From Octopus sinensis (lineage: Eukaryota), in NCBI RefSeq assembly GCF_006345805.1, contig NC_043023.1, positions 14,818,001-14,882,000 on the forward strand: a stretch of DNA of 64,000 nucleotides, written 5' to 3'. Within the stretch, counting starts at the first letter, position 1, and every line of letters starts with the position of its first letter. Shown here piece after piece: positions 47,095-59,964 of this stretch. The position numbers and the translations under genes were made by a program. The notes beneath the pieces are model-generated. The model worked only from the letters and a program-made list of their open reading frames with translations, was not told the origin of the DNA and ran no database searches.

Positions 47095-47620
47095 TTTTCA
47101 CTGTTTTTCTGACGGAAGCAGAATGTCAACTTGCTTCCCATTTCCTTTGTAATATAACAGGCATTACAAACTGACAGAAACTCAATCTAAGCACATGTTC
47201 CTATAACCCGTGTTAAATCTGCAACCGTTTAAAATGGAAGATAAGAAAGTTCATTTTCAGCACTTGATGCTTTGGGAACCAGACAAAAATTGCTGCAGCT
47301 CGGCTGGGATGTGTTACACCACCCTCCATATTCACCAGATATTGCTCCTTTGGATTTCCACTTATTCAGGTCTCTGCAGAATAGTCTTAATGGTAAAAAT
47401 TTCAATTCCTTGAATGACGTAAAAAGATACCTTGATGAATTCTTTGCCATAAAACCCCCTCAATTCTGGGAAGAGGGTATTTTCAAGTTAAAGGAAAGAT
47501 GGAGACACATTGTGCAACAAAATGGTTCATATTTGGTTGATTATAAATGTAATGGCAAGTATTTATTGACCTTTTTGTTTCCTTTAAAAATTGGCACAAA
47601 CTTTCCGGACAACCCAATAT
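47095..47620 (+). mobile_element. Internally deleted mariner transposon; second 3'-end fragment at about 47874-48075
   Basis: N-terminal MEDKKVHFQHLMLWE fused to C-terminal GWDVLHHPPYSPDIAPLDFHLFRSLQN..W..GI.KL.ERW; TIR end CAAACTTTCCGGACAACCCAA|TA. Confidence 0.9.
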
Positions 47621-49446
47621 ATATGATGATAATCTCTCATAGTCCGAGGAAGATGGGTCTACATATTCTTACTGAACAAGCTGTACAGATGATTGCTTTA
47701 TCGTGTTCAAATGTATGTGATGTACATTAGTTCATTCCCGCCATCAAATCTGCATTGCTTGAGCAGATGCATGGTGCACCATGTGTTGAAGTGATTGCAG
47801 ATTGAAAAGAGATGAAGGGTTTTGCTCAAGAACACAACACACCACCTGGTCTAAGAATTGAAACCACAATCTCATAAAAGATACCTTGATGAATTCTTTG
47901 CCACGAAACCACCTCAATTCTGGGAAGAGGGTATTTTTAAGTTAAGGGAAAGATGGAGATGCATTGTGCAACAAAATGGTTCATATTTGGTTGATTAAAA
48001 ATGTGATGGCAAGTATCTATTGACCTTTTTCTTTCCTTTAAAAATCGGCACAAACTTTCCGGACAACCCAAAATATATGCTGAGAGACACAAAATGTTGC
48101 CAAAAGAATTGGGCTAAGTAAACAATCCCACACACGATTCTTACATTCCAAGCAGCTTTTGCAGCTAATACTGAGAAACTGTGCCAAATGATGCTACTAA
48201 ACGGTACAACCAAAAGTAGCTTAAGCAGCCAATTTATATAAAGTGGTTGCACATACAATGCCAGGAGATTCTGAGCTGCAACCAAACAACTGGGTAGAAT
48301 AAAGCCTGGAAAGCAGCCATCGAGTTTTTGCTATCATTACAATTTATTCAACTCCATTTAGAACGTGGAAACTTGCATGGAAGCTTAATCATCATCATCA
48401 TCATCATCGTTTAGCGTCCGCTTTCCATGCTGGCATGGGTTGGACGGTTCAACCGGGGTCTGGGAATCCAGAAGACTGCGCCAGGCCCAGTCTGATATGG
48501 CAGTGTTTCTACAGCTGGATGCCCTTCCTAACGCCAACCACTCCGTGAGTGTAGTGGGTGCTTTCTACGTGCCACCGGCACAGGTGCCAGATGAGGCTGG
48601 CAAACGACCACAATCGGATGGTGCATTTTACGTGCCACCGGCACAGAGGCCAGTCGGGGCGGTGCTGGCAATGGCCATGTTCGGATGGTATCACAGCTAC
48701 AATTTCCATTGATGTTGATAGATTTTAATTTTGATTTTCACTTGCCTCAACAGGTCTTCAATGCTTAGATATTCACCCTAGGTCACCAAATGTAGGTAGT
48801 GAATATCAACGTTGCTGGACCATCTTTCCATCATCATCGTCATCATTTAGTATCTGTTTTCCATACTGGCATGGGTTAGAGAGTTTGGCGGGAACTGGTA
48901 AGTCACAGGGCTGCACCAGGCTCCAGTCTGTTTTACCCTTCCCAATGCCAACCACTCCACCGAGTGTACTGGGTGCCCCACCTGTTGCTGGTATGAGTGC
49001 TCTTCACATGTTGCCAACATGTACCTTCACATGTCATCGGTACAGCTATCCATCACGTCACTGGCACAAGTGCCAATCATGTCACTAGCTTAGTTTTTAC
49101 AGCTAGATGCTCTTCTTAATGCCAACCACTCCACAGAGTGTACTGGGTGTCCTACATGTTGCCGGTACGGGTGCCTTCCGCGTGGTCGGCACGGGTGAAT
49201 GCGATTGATAAAGCCATGGTACATCAACTGTTGCGATTGATACTATGCATACATGAGAAAAATGCACGTGCAGTTTGTGCAAAAAAATCATCATGCTTTT
49301 CCATCTAGATTTACCTCCAGCTAAGCCATTTGCATGCATCGTTTTTGTCCTGCTTTTCTTCCGTCAACCTGTACATAACTGCACCTTCCACTTTTTGTTG
49401 TTTTTGTCCTGCTTAAAGGCACGTTTCTTTCCTGCCAAGCTTACTA

Positions 49447-50454
49447 TTTAAACCATGTTTGTGTTCTCCCAGTCAACAGCCTTATCATTACTGGTACTTT
49501 AAACTCTTCGGTTGCATATTTGTGTGAATAAAATCGTTTTTCTTTGGAATAAAAAAAAAATCTATCTTTATTTCTTCTTTTGCTGGTGTCTCAAATTTAG
49601 GTTAAATCAGTGTTTCTCAAAGGGGAGGCCTATGGGACGGTCGGACAAGTTTTGAGAAAATTTGGTTTAAATGTTTGACAACTCAGCACCGTCCATTGGA
49701 CGGGGGGGCGTTTTGCTCGTCTATTATATAAAATCTGTTCTGTCTGTCTGTGTGTCTTCTAGGATCTCGGGCATCCTCCATCTGATTGCGCTCAAATTTG
49801 ATATGTAGATACTGACGGTATCAGGGCTTGTATAAGTCTTGAAAAAATTACAAAAATTGATTCCAGGTGTGAGAATGCAATCAATAAAGCCGTGGGAAAT
49901 CGTATTTCTTGAAAAAGAAAAGAAGTCTATCTTTATTTCTTCTTTTGCTGGTGTGTCTCAAATTTAGGTTAAATCAGTGTTCTCAAAGGGGAGGCCTATG
50001 GGACGGTCGGACAAGTTTTGAGAAAATTTGGTTTAAATGTTTGACAACTCAGCACCGTCCATTGGACGGGGGGGCGTTTTGCTCGTCTATTATATAAAAT
50101 CTGTTCTGTCTGTCTGTGTGTCTTCTAGGATCTCGGGCATCCTCCATCTGATTGCGCTCAAATTTGATATGTAGATACTGACGGTATCAGGGCTTGTATA
50201 AGTCTTGAAAAAATTACAAAAATTGATTCCAGGTGAGAATGCGATCAATAAAGCCGTGGGAAATCGTATTTCTTTGGAAAAGAAAAGAAGTCTATCTTTA
50301 TTTCTTCTTTTGCTGGTGTCTCAAATTTAGGTTAAATCAGTGTTTCTCAAAGGGGAGGCCTATGGGACGGTCGGACAAGTTGTTTTGAGAAAGTTTGGTT
50401 TAAATGTTTGACAACTCGGCACCCTCAATTGGACGGGGGGGGGCGTTTTGCTTG
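49447..50454 (+). mobile_element. Head-to-tail Helitron-like array: a 3' part plus two complete units (49720-50085, 50086-50454)
   Basis: 5' TCTATTATATAAAA; 3' hairpin CCGTCCA-T-TGGACGG then CT(C/T)G|T; related single copy at about 27985-28260. Confidence 0.75.
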
Positions 50455-50619
50455 TGTTTTTATAATTAGATATTAAAAGGAATTGTATAAAAAGTTATTA
50501 AAATATTTTGTGTATTGTAAAAGTATAATCAATTTATTGAAGATGAATTTTTAACAACAAAATTTTATATCGACCCCTAAGGGTTCTCATTCCTAAGGTA
50601 TTTTCGATGTTATTATATG

Positions 50620-50895
50620 CCCACAGGCATATGGTGTAGTGGTTAAGAGCACAGGCTATTAACCCCAAGGTTCTGAGTTCAATTCCAGGCAGTGATCTCA
50701 ATAATAATAACAACATTGAAAAATACCTTAGGAATGAGAACCCAGGTTCAAAATTTCCCCCGGACACCTGATGAAGGCTGGAGGGTATATCAGCTGAAAC
50801 GTTGTGTTAACAAACAAGATGAGGACAAATATCCATCAAATGTAAATAATGTAAATAGTGTAAATAATTCCTCATCTCTTAAATATAGAACTGTA
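50620..50895 (+). mobile_element. tRNA-headed element carrying a minimal hammerhead ribozyme motif
   Basis: A box TGGTGTAGTGGTTAAG, B box GAGTTCAATTCC, hammerhead at 50763-50808, (TGTAAATAA)n tail. Confidence 0.7.
50763..50808 (+). ncRNA. Minimal type-I hammerhead ribozyme motif
   Basis: GACAC-CUGAUGA-A-GGCUG(loop 10)CAGCU-GAAAC-GUU-GUGUU; stem I 5 bp, stem II 5 bp, palindromic ACGU stem III. Confidence 0.7.
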
Positions 50896-51170
50896 GTAGT
50901 TATTTTATCGATCCCTGAAGGGATGAAAGACATAGTCAATACCAGCGGAATTTCAGCTTGGAACAAAAAGGGTCAAAAGAAGCACCAAATAAGGATCCTT
51001 TCTACTCTAGGTACATGGCCTCAAATTTTTAGGGGAGGGGGCTTCAGTCAATTACATTAACCCCAGTAATCAACTGGTATTTATTTTATTGAGTTTGAAA
51101 GGGTGAAAGACAAAGTCAACTGCAACAGGATGGATTTGAACTCAGGATGCAAAGAGCCAGAAGAAATATC

Positions 51171-51204
<34 letters not shown>

Positions 51205-53146
51205 CAATGCCCTGATGCAGTACCAGGCAGTGGCTCTCATGGCTTCTGATCTTAACTGATTGGAAGTGTTATCATGTACATTGTTTTGTCTTGGTATAAA
51301 AGATGGCCTACAGCAAATATTCTTCTCAATACTACAGATTTGCTTGTCATTTGCTTGACCTTAACCAGTTGACCATGTCCTTTAATGGCTGATGATATGT
51401 GCATCTCTGATCAAGAGCAGAAGTAGTGGGGGAGCATCATAGCCATGTGTTGAAAGGAATTCTTAGAGGTTTGGATAATTCACTTTTGGAAACATGGGTG
51501 GTTCGTTCAACATCCTTAAACAACCCTTATTCAGGGACCTTTTGAGTGGGATGGGTTACTCGACCAGAAGAAAATTCTAACTGGGCCCCACCTGCAAGGT
51601 CATGTTCTGTTTATCTTGATATGAGATCACCATGTTGCGCACATATGGTTGTGATGCATGTGCCTAGTGAACAGCGTAAAGACAGACGAAATACCACTAA
51701 ACATTTCACCCGGCGTGCTAACAATTCTGCCAGCTCGCCACCATAATAATAAATAATAATAATCCTATCTACTCTAGGCACAAGGCCTGAAATTCAGGTG
51801 GCGAGGGTGGAATAGTCGATTTCATCAACCCCAGTACTTAATTATCAACCCCGAAGGGATGAAAGGCAAAGACGACCTCTGCAGAATTTGAACTCAGAAT
51901 GTAAGGACAGACAAAATTCCACTCAGCATTTTACGGAGCGTACTAACGATTCTGCCATCTTGCAGCCTTAATAATAACAATAATAACCTTTTCAACTCTA
52001 TAAAAGGCAAGAAATTTTGGGGAAGGGGGTCAATCGATTAGATTGCCTCCAGCAAGCAACTGGTACTTAATTTATTGACCCCGAAAGGATGGAAGGCCAA
52101 GTCGACCTCAGCGGAATATGAACTCGGAACGTAGCGACAGGCAAAATACCACTAAGCATTTCACCCAGCGTGCTAACGTTTCTTGACAGACAAACGGATT
52201 AAGTCGATTACATCGACCCCAGTGTGTAACTGGTACTTATTTAATCGACCCTGAAAGGATGAAAGGCAAAGTCAACCTCGGCGGAATTTGAACTCAGAAC
52301 GTAACGGCAGACAAAATACTGCTAAGTATTTTGCCCAGCATGCTAACGGTTCTACTAGCTCGCAGCCTTCACCAGCATACAAACAATTCTGCCATCTTGC
52401 AGCCTTAATAATAACAATAATAATCTTTTTTACTCTAGGCATAAGGTCCAAAATTTTGGGGGAGGAGGGCCAATCGATTAGATTGACCCCAGCAAGCAAG
52501 TGGCACTTAATTTATTGACCCTGAAAGGATGAAAGGCCAAGTCAACCTCAGCGGAATTTGAACTCAGAATGTAGCAACAGGTGAAATACCTATTTCTTTA
52601 CTACCCATAAGGGGCTAAACACAAAGAGGACAAACAAGGACAGACAAAGGGATTAAGTCGATTATACCGTCCCCAGTGCGTAACTGGTACTTATTTAATC
52701 GACCCCGAAAGGATGAAAGGCAAAGTCGACCTCGGCGGAATTTGAACCCAGAACATAACGGCAGACGAAATACCGCTCAGCATTTCGCCCAGCGTGCTAA
52801 AGGTTCTGCCAGCTCACCGCCTTAATAATAATAATGATAATAATAATAATAATAAATAAGGATTTCATGGACAAGCACAAGGGTACACATTTTTGTAGAT
52901 AAAGAGTGTGTATAGGTATAATTGATTATAACAAACTGAAAACTGATACCATATTGACCCCAAAGAAGGGCATGGAAAAGAGAACTGACATTGGTAGGGT
53001 TTGACAAGAGAACAACTTGTAAAGTAACCCCGCCACCCACAACGTGTACAAAAAAAAAGAAAAGAAAAAATAATCCCCTCCCCCGACCCCTTGCCAACAG
53101 TGATAACAACAACAACAATAACGTGTTTGAGAAGTGAAATACCCAC

Positions 53147-53306
53147 CTCCTTCTCCGCTCTCTTCTCTTCTTCGAGGAGCAGCTGAGTCGAGATAAGTGG
53201 GGTCCAATGAAGGTAGTCGGGGTCAACATCGATTCGTTGCTGGAGTTTTTGCTTTAGCTTCTGCATGTGTTCCTTGATCAATTTCCTATTCACCAAAATA
53301 ACCACT
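53147..53306 (-). CDS. KAT6A/B: KAT6 exon VVILVNRKLIKEHMQKLKQKLQQRIDVDPDYLHWTPLISTQLLLEEEKRAEKE, end of MYST domain
   Basis: TTTCAG acceptor, GAG|GTGGGT donor, 160 nt; DVDPxxLxWTP motif. Confidence 0.93.
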
Positions 53307-54521
53307 CTGAAAGAGCAACAACAACGACAACACCATCATCATCATCATCATCATCATCAATCTCTTCTTTGCAACAGGGAGAAAGAAATTTAAAAAAAAA
53401 AAGAACTTAAAAATTAAAAAAATATTACAAAGGTTCAAAGGCCTCGGGCCCTGACAAAAATCACAAACACGCATGAAGAGCAGACGTGGCTGTTCTAGTA
53501 AGAAATTTTCCCAACCACATGGTTCTGAGTTCAGTTCCACTGAGTGGCATTTTGGGCAAGTGTCTTGTACTATAGCCTCAAGTCAACCGTAACCTTATAG
53601 GTGGATTAAGTAGACATCATCATCATCATTTAATGTCCGTTGTTCATGCTGGCATGGGTTGGACTCCTGTCTGATTTGACATGGTTTTCCTACAGCTGGA
53701 TGTGCTTCCTAATGCCAACCACTCTGAGAATGTAACGTGTGCTTTTATATGCCACCAAGGTGCTTTTACATGCCATTGGCATGGGTACCAATTTGCATGA
53801 CACCAATACCGGTGTCATGCCACAACTGTGATTTTGCTAGGCTTGATAGGTTTATACATACACACACACATGCATACATAAATCAGCGCTCCATCGAGGT
53901 TTCCAAATGATCCAATCAATACAACACCCTGCTCATGAAATTAACATGCAAGTGGCTGAGTACACCACAGATACATGTACTCTTAACAGTGTTCTCAGAG
54001 AGATTCAGCATGACACAATATGACACAGTCGGTCCGTTTGAATAACAGGTACAATACATATTTATATACACACTTCACATACCGATATTATATATTTATA
54101 TATACACTTCTTCATATGTAAATCATAATCTACCACTGCTACTCTATCGGTTATGACAACAAGGGTTCCATTTGATCCAATCAACGGAACAGCCTGCTTG
54201 TGAAACTGGTTGAGTACTCCACAGATATGTAAACCCTTAATGTAGTTCGCAGGGAGACTCAGTGTGACACAATGTGACAAGGCTGGCCCCTTTGAAATAC
54301 AGGGACAACTCATTTTTGCCAGCTGAATGGACTGGAGCAAAGTGAAATAAAGTGTCTTGCTCAAGGACACAGCACATAGCTGGATATTGAACTCAAGACC
54401 TTACGATCGTAGGTCAAATACAGTAACCACTAAGTCACATGTACACACAGACAACCAAAGCTTAAATTGTCCAGGGACAGACACGCACTCAAGGGCCTGA
54501 GTGGAGAAACAAAACACTTAC

Positions 54522-54606
54522 CTCTCCCCTTTTTTAATGACCATATTAAGGGCTGTCAGAGCAGTAGCTACATCATGTGGGTCCATACCTGTGGCACGGC
54601 TAATTG
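54522..54606 (-). CDS. KAT6A/B: KAT6 exon (A)ISRATGMDPHDVATALTALNMVIKKGE(R)
   Basis: TTTTCAG acceptor, AG|GTAAGT donor, 85 nt; phases match both neighbours; MYST C-lobe ISxxTGMxPxD pattern. Confidence 0.92.
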
Positions 54607-55124
54607 CTGAAAACAACAATAAAAGGGACAATTACAACAACAACAAAAACTGCAAGAAAATCTCTCCAACATTGTATTACGTCCAACAGAGCCAAAAGGC
54701 CAAACGTTAGTATTAGTACACTTTAGTGCCACATCAGACTTTCTCTACAATGTAGTACTATGTTTAACATAACTGAAAGACTATACATGGGCACTAGTAC
54801 ACTTTAATACCACATCACAGACCTTTTTTTTACTTAAAATAATTAAAATTAAAAGTTACATTGAGAAATAAAATATTAAAATTTGGACAATAATTATGAT
54901 AATTTCACAGCGATTTAGGGAGGTGAGGACAACAAAAGGCAAGGGGGAAGAATAAGAGGCAAGTGAAGAGGAGTGGGGAGGACGAGAGGCGACAGGGAGA
55001 GTGAGGGGCAAGAAGGAGGAACAAGAGACAAGAGGGGAGAGAATGAGGGGCAGGAAGGGGGAGAATGAGGCAAGAGGAGGAGATTGAGAGGGGGAGAACA
55101 AGAGGTGGGAGAACAAGGCAAAAG

Positions 55125-55990
55125 GGGAGAACGTGAGGCAAGAGGGGCAACGAGAGGCAAGAGGGGCAACGAGAGGCGAAAGGGGCAACGAGAGGCGAAA
55201 GGGGCAACGAGAGGCGAAAGGGGCAACGAGAGGCGAAAGGGGCAACGAGAGGCGAAAGGGGGCAACGAGAGGCGAGAGAGGGGCAACGAGAGGCGAGAGG
55301 GGCAACGAGAGGCGAGAGGGGGCAACGAGAGGCGAGAGGGGCAACGAGAGGCGAGAGGGGCAACAAGAGGCGAGAGGGGCAACAAGAGGCGAGAGGGGCA
55401 ACAAGAGGCAAGAGGGGCAACAAGAGGCAAGAGGGCAACGAGAGGCAAGAGGGCAACGAGAGGCAAGAGGGCAACGAGAGGCAAGAGGGCAACGAGAGGC
55501 AAGGGGCAACGAGAGGCGAGAGGGGCAACGAGAGGCGAGAGGGGCAACGAGAGGCGAGAGGGGCAACGAGAGGCGAGAGGGGCAACGAGAGACAAGTGGG
55601 GGCAACGAGAGACAAGAGGGGGCAACGAGAGACAAGAGGGGGCAACGAGAGACAAGAGGGGGCAACGAGAGACAAGAGAGGCAACGAGAGGCGAGAGGGG
55701 AAACGATGGGCAAGAGGGGAAACGATGGGCAAGAGGGGAAACGATGGGCAAGAGGGAAAACGATGGGCAAGAGGGGAAACGATGGGCAAGAGGGGAAACG
55801 TGAAGCAAGAGGGGCAACGTGAAGCAAGAGGGGCAACGTGAAGCAAGAGGGGCAACGTGAAGCAAGAGGGGCAACATGAAGCAAGAGGGGAAACTATGGG
55901 CAAGAGGGGAAACTATGGGCAAGAGGGGAAACGATGGGCAAGAGGGGAAACGATGGGCGAGAGGGGCAACAAGAGGCATGAAGGGCAACG
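55125..55990. repeat. Composite 17-20-bp purine-rich minisatellite (GCAACGAGAGGCGAGAGGGG and derivatives)
   Basis: Direct inspection; unit sequence changes in blocks along the array. Confidence 0.92.
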
Positions 55991-56286
55991 AGAGTAGAGA
56001 GAATGAGGCTAGAGGGGGGAAATGAGGTGAGAGGGGGAAGGGCAGGAGATGGGTAGAGAGAACAGGAGGTAAAGGAGAAAAGGAGAGATGAGCATGAGAC
56101 AGAGAGAGAGAAAGACAAACACAAGACAGAAAGAGAGAGAGAAAGCAAGAGATGCAGAAATTATACATATGGGGTGAATAAAAGCACACTGACAAGATGG
56201 TTAAATGCTATGTAATAAATTTCAGTTCAATTCATTATTTAAAGTTGAGACAGAAAGACAGAGGGAAGTAGGCTGGACTCACTGAC

Positions 56287-56433
56287 CTTTTATCGTGACC
56301 TTGGTGTCATTGGACTTGTACAGGTATTCAATCATGATGCTCTTCCAGTAGGACTGATAGCTAACTTTACCCAATTCTGACAGGGGCTTTTCTGGTGAGC
56401 CAGGCTGACCTTCCACACGTGACAGCAGATAAC
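56287..56433 (-). CDS. KAT6A/B: KAT6 exon (S)[48 protein letters not shown]
   Basis: TTGTAG acceptor, AAG|GTCAGT donor, 147 nt; catalytic Glu in SPEKPLS. Absent from the ORF track. Confidence 0.95.
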
Positions 56434-56740
56434 CTACAACAAAGAGACAACATTGATTAACATTGTTAGCCGGTGGTGGTCATCTTAACTTCCACTGACT
56501 CTTTATTCAATATCCATTATCATACCCACCTTCGTCCAGTCCCACCCCCATACTTGCATGGGCCAGACAGAATGGATTGAGGCAGATGAAACCATTATTC
56601 TACGCTAATTTAGTTTCATTTTGTCAAGCTTCCTTTTCAGTTTGTAAGGTAGAAATTTAAATGTAATAAAATGCTTTAAAAGAAATTTAAAGTGCCTACG
56701 TGATAACTGTAAACCTACTTTTGGCCACCCTGTATGTACG

Positions 56741-56803
<63 letters not shown>

Positions 56804-57688
56804 TATATATATAATATTTTATATTCAATATTTCATCTATTCAATAAGACAATCAATACTTCATTTCATTTTACTATATCCTTAAAATCCTTAATGTTTT
56901 AGCCCGAAGGCTAAATAATATATATATATTATAAATAATATATATATTATATATATATAATCATCATCATCATCGTTTAGCGTCCGTTTTCCATGCTAGC
57001 ATGGGTTGGATGGTTCTACTGAGGTCTGTGAAGCCAGAAGGCTTCATCAGGCCCAGTCAAATCTGGCAGTGTTTCTACGGCTGGATGCCCTTCCTAACGC
57101 CAACCACTCCATGAGTGTAGTGGGTGCTTTTTACGTGCCACCCACACAGGTGCCAGACAGAGCTGGCAAACGGCCACGAACGGATGGTGCTTTTTATGTG
57201 CCACAGGCATGAGGGCCAGGCGAGGCTGGCAACGGACACGAACGGATGGTGCTTTTTACGTGCCATCGGCACGAGGCCAGTCGGGGCGGTGCTGGCAACG
57301 GTCGCGAAACAGAAGGTTTTCTTACATGCCACCGGCACTGGAAACACATCTGCAATTTCCATTGATCGATTTCGATTCTGATAATATATATATTATTTAT
57401 ACTATATATTCTATATTCCACATTAATATTATAAAGAATATAAATAAAACATAAAAAACAGACAGTTGGAATTCCCTTGAATAATATATATATATACACA
57501 CATACATGTGAGGGAGTGCTGCAAATTTCCTGGCTTTAAGGGTATCGCGAACGACCTATTGGCCCAACCATCTAAGTTCTTTCACAGGGCTTAGAAAAAC
57601 TGAGGGACCACGGCAGAAACATGCAAAATAAAATTATAATTAAGTGATCCTCCGGTATCATTTTTTACCCAAAACCAGGAATTTTTCA

Positions 57689-57949
<261 letters not shown>

Positions 57950-58419
57950 CTAGTCCAGTGATCATCATCATCATCATCAACATCATCAACATCATCATCA
58001 TCATCAACATCATCATCTTAACAGCCGCTTTTCTATGCTTGCATGGGTTGAATGGAATTTGCTGAGAAAAAGTTTTCTACAATTTGCAGCATGCCCTCAC
58101 CGGTTTCCCAGCAAGGTGATCTTTCCTTACGGCCAGGCATGTTTTTGCAGGATATAGGAAACGACACTGCTTGTATGACAGTGACACTCATTTACAGCTA
58201 AAACATGATGCCAAAATACTGAAACACAAACATACACACATACATGTATCATTAAATACAGACACATGTGCGTATGTCTGCATCATTATCATCATCATCA
58301 TTATTACTTAGCATCTGCTTTCCACACGGACATGGGTTAGATGGCTCAACTGGAACTCATAAACCGAGGGAACTGCACCAGATCCCAGTCTGAATCTGGC
58401 ATGGTTTCTATGACTGTAT

Positions 58420-58650
58420 AGCGGCGATCTGGCAGAAACGTTAGCGCGCCGGGAGAAATGTTCAGCGGTATTTCGTCTGACGTTACGTTGTGAGTTCAAA
58501 TTCCGCCGAGGTCGACTTTGCCTTTCATCCTTTCGGGGTCGATAAATTGAGTACCAGTAACGCACTGGGGTCGATGTATTCGACTTAATACCTATGTCTG
58601 TCCTTGTTTGTCCCCTCTGTGTTTAGCCCCTTGTGGGTAATAAAGAAATA
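58420..58650 (+). mobile_element. Young SINE family A monomer nested in an RTE fragment
   Basis: 17-bp TSD GGTTTCTATGACTGTAT at 58403-58419 and 58651-58667. Confidence 0.88.
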
Positions 58651-59538
58651 GGTTTCTATGACTGTATGCCCTTCCTAACACCAACCACTCCAAGAGTGTA
58701 ATGGGTGCTTTTTACGTACCACCGGCACAGGTGCTTTTACGTTCCACAATTATGATCATACCTGGCTTGACGAGTCTTCTCAAGCACAGCATATCCCCAA
58801 TTTCACTTGGCTCGACAAGTCTTAGTGTGGGTCAATGGTAAAAGCCCTCTTCGATCACAAATGACCTTAGGATTGCACCTAGAAAGTTGCTTTCCGGCAC
58901 ACAAGTCCAGGCAAGGTTGTTTATGGTAGACCAGCAGTCGCCCATGCATACCAGCCTTCCATCTCAACACCATTATATATACATCGGGTAAAGGCTAAAG
59001 ACCCCCTTCAGTCATAAATGAGCAGGTTATAGCACCTAGAAAGTAACTCTCCAAGGAACAAGTCCAGGAAAGGTTGTCTATGGAAGACCAGCAGTCACCC
59101 ATACATACCTATTTCTTTACTACCCACAAGGGGCTAAACACCGATGAGACAAACAAGGACAGACAGATGGGTTAAGTCGATTATATCGACCCCAGTGCGT
59201 AACTGGTACTTAATTTATCGACCCCGAAAGGATGAAAGGCAAAGTCGACCTCGGCAGAATTTGAACTCAGAACGTAACAGCAAAGGAAATATGGCTATGC
59301 TTTTCGCCCGGCGTGCTAACATTTCTGCCAGCTCGTCACCCATACATACCAGCCTCCCTTCTCCATTACACCAATGTTATCCAAGGGAAAGGCAAAGGGG
59401 CCGATACAGCTTGGCACCTGTGATGTCGCAACTCATTTCTACAGCTGAGTGAACTCGTGCAACATAAAATACAGTCTTGTAGAAGATCACAACATGCAGC
59501 CCAGTCCAGAAATTGAACTCACTACCTCATGATTGTCA

Positions 59539-59865
<327 letters not shown>

Positions 59866-59964
59866 CTAAGGAATAGAGGGAAAAGAGAGAAACAAAAGGG
59901 AAAATTAGAAACAGGCTTCAGGAGAGAAAAACGAAATTGGTGTTTGGTTGGGTTGTGAATGCAG

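Noticed and set aside
50625-50695. tRNA genes at SINE heads
   Set aside because: A and B boxes are present but there is no full cloverleaf, and each continues into a repeat body.
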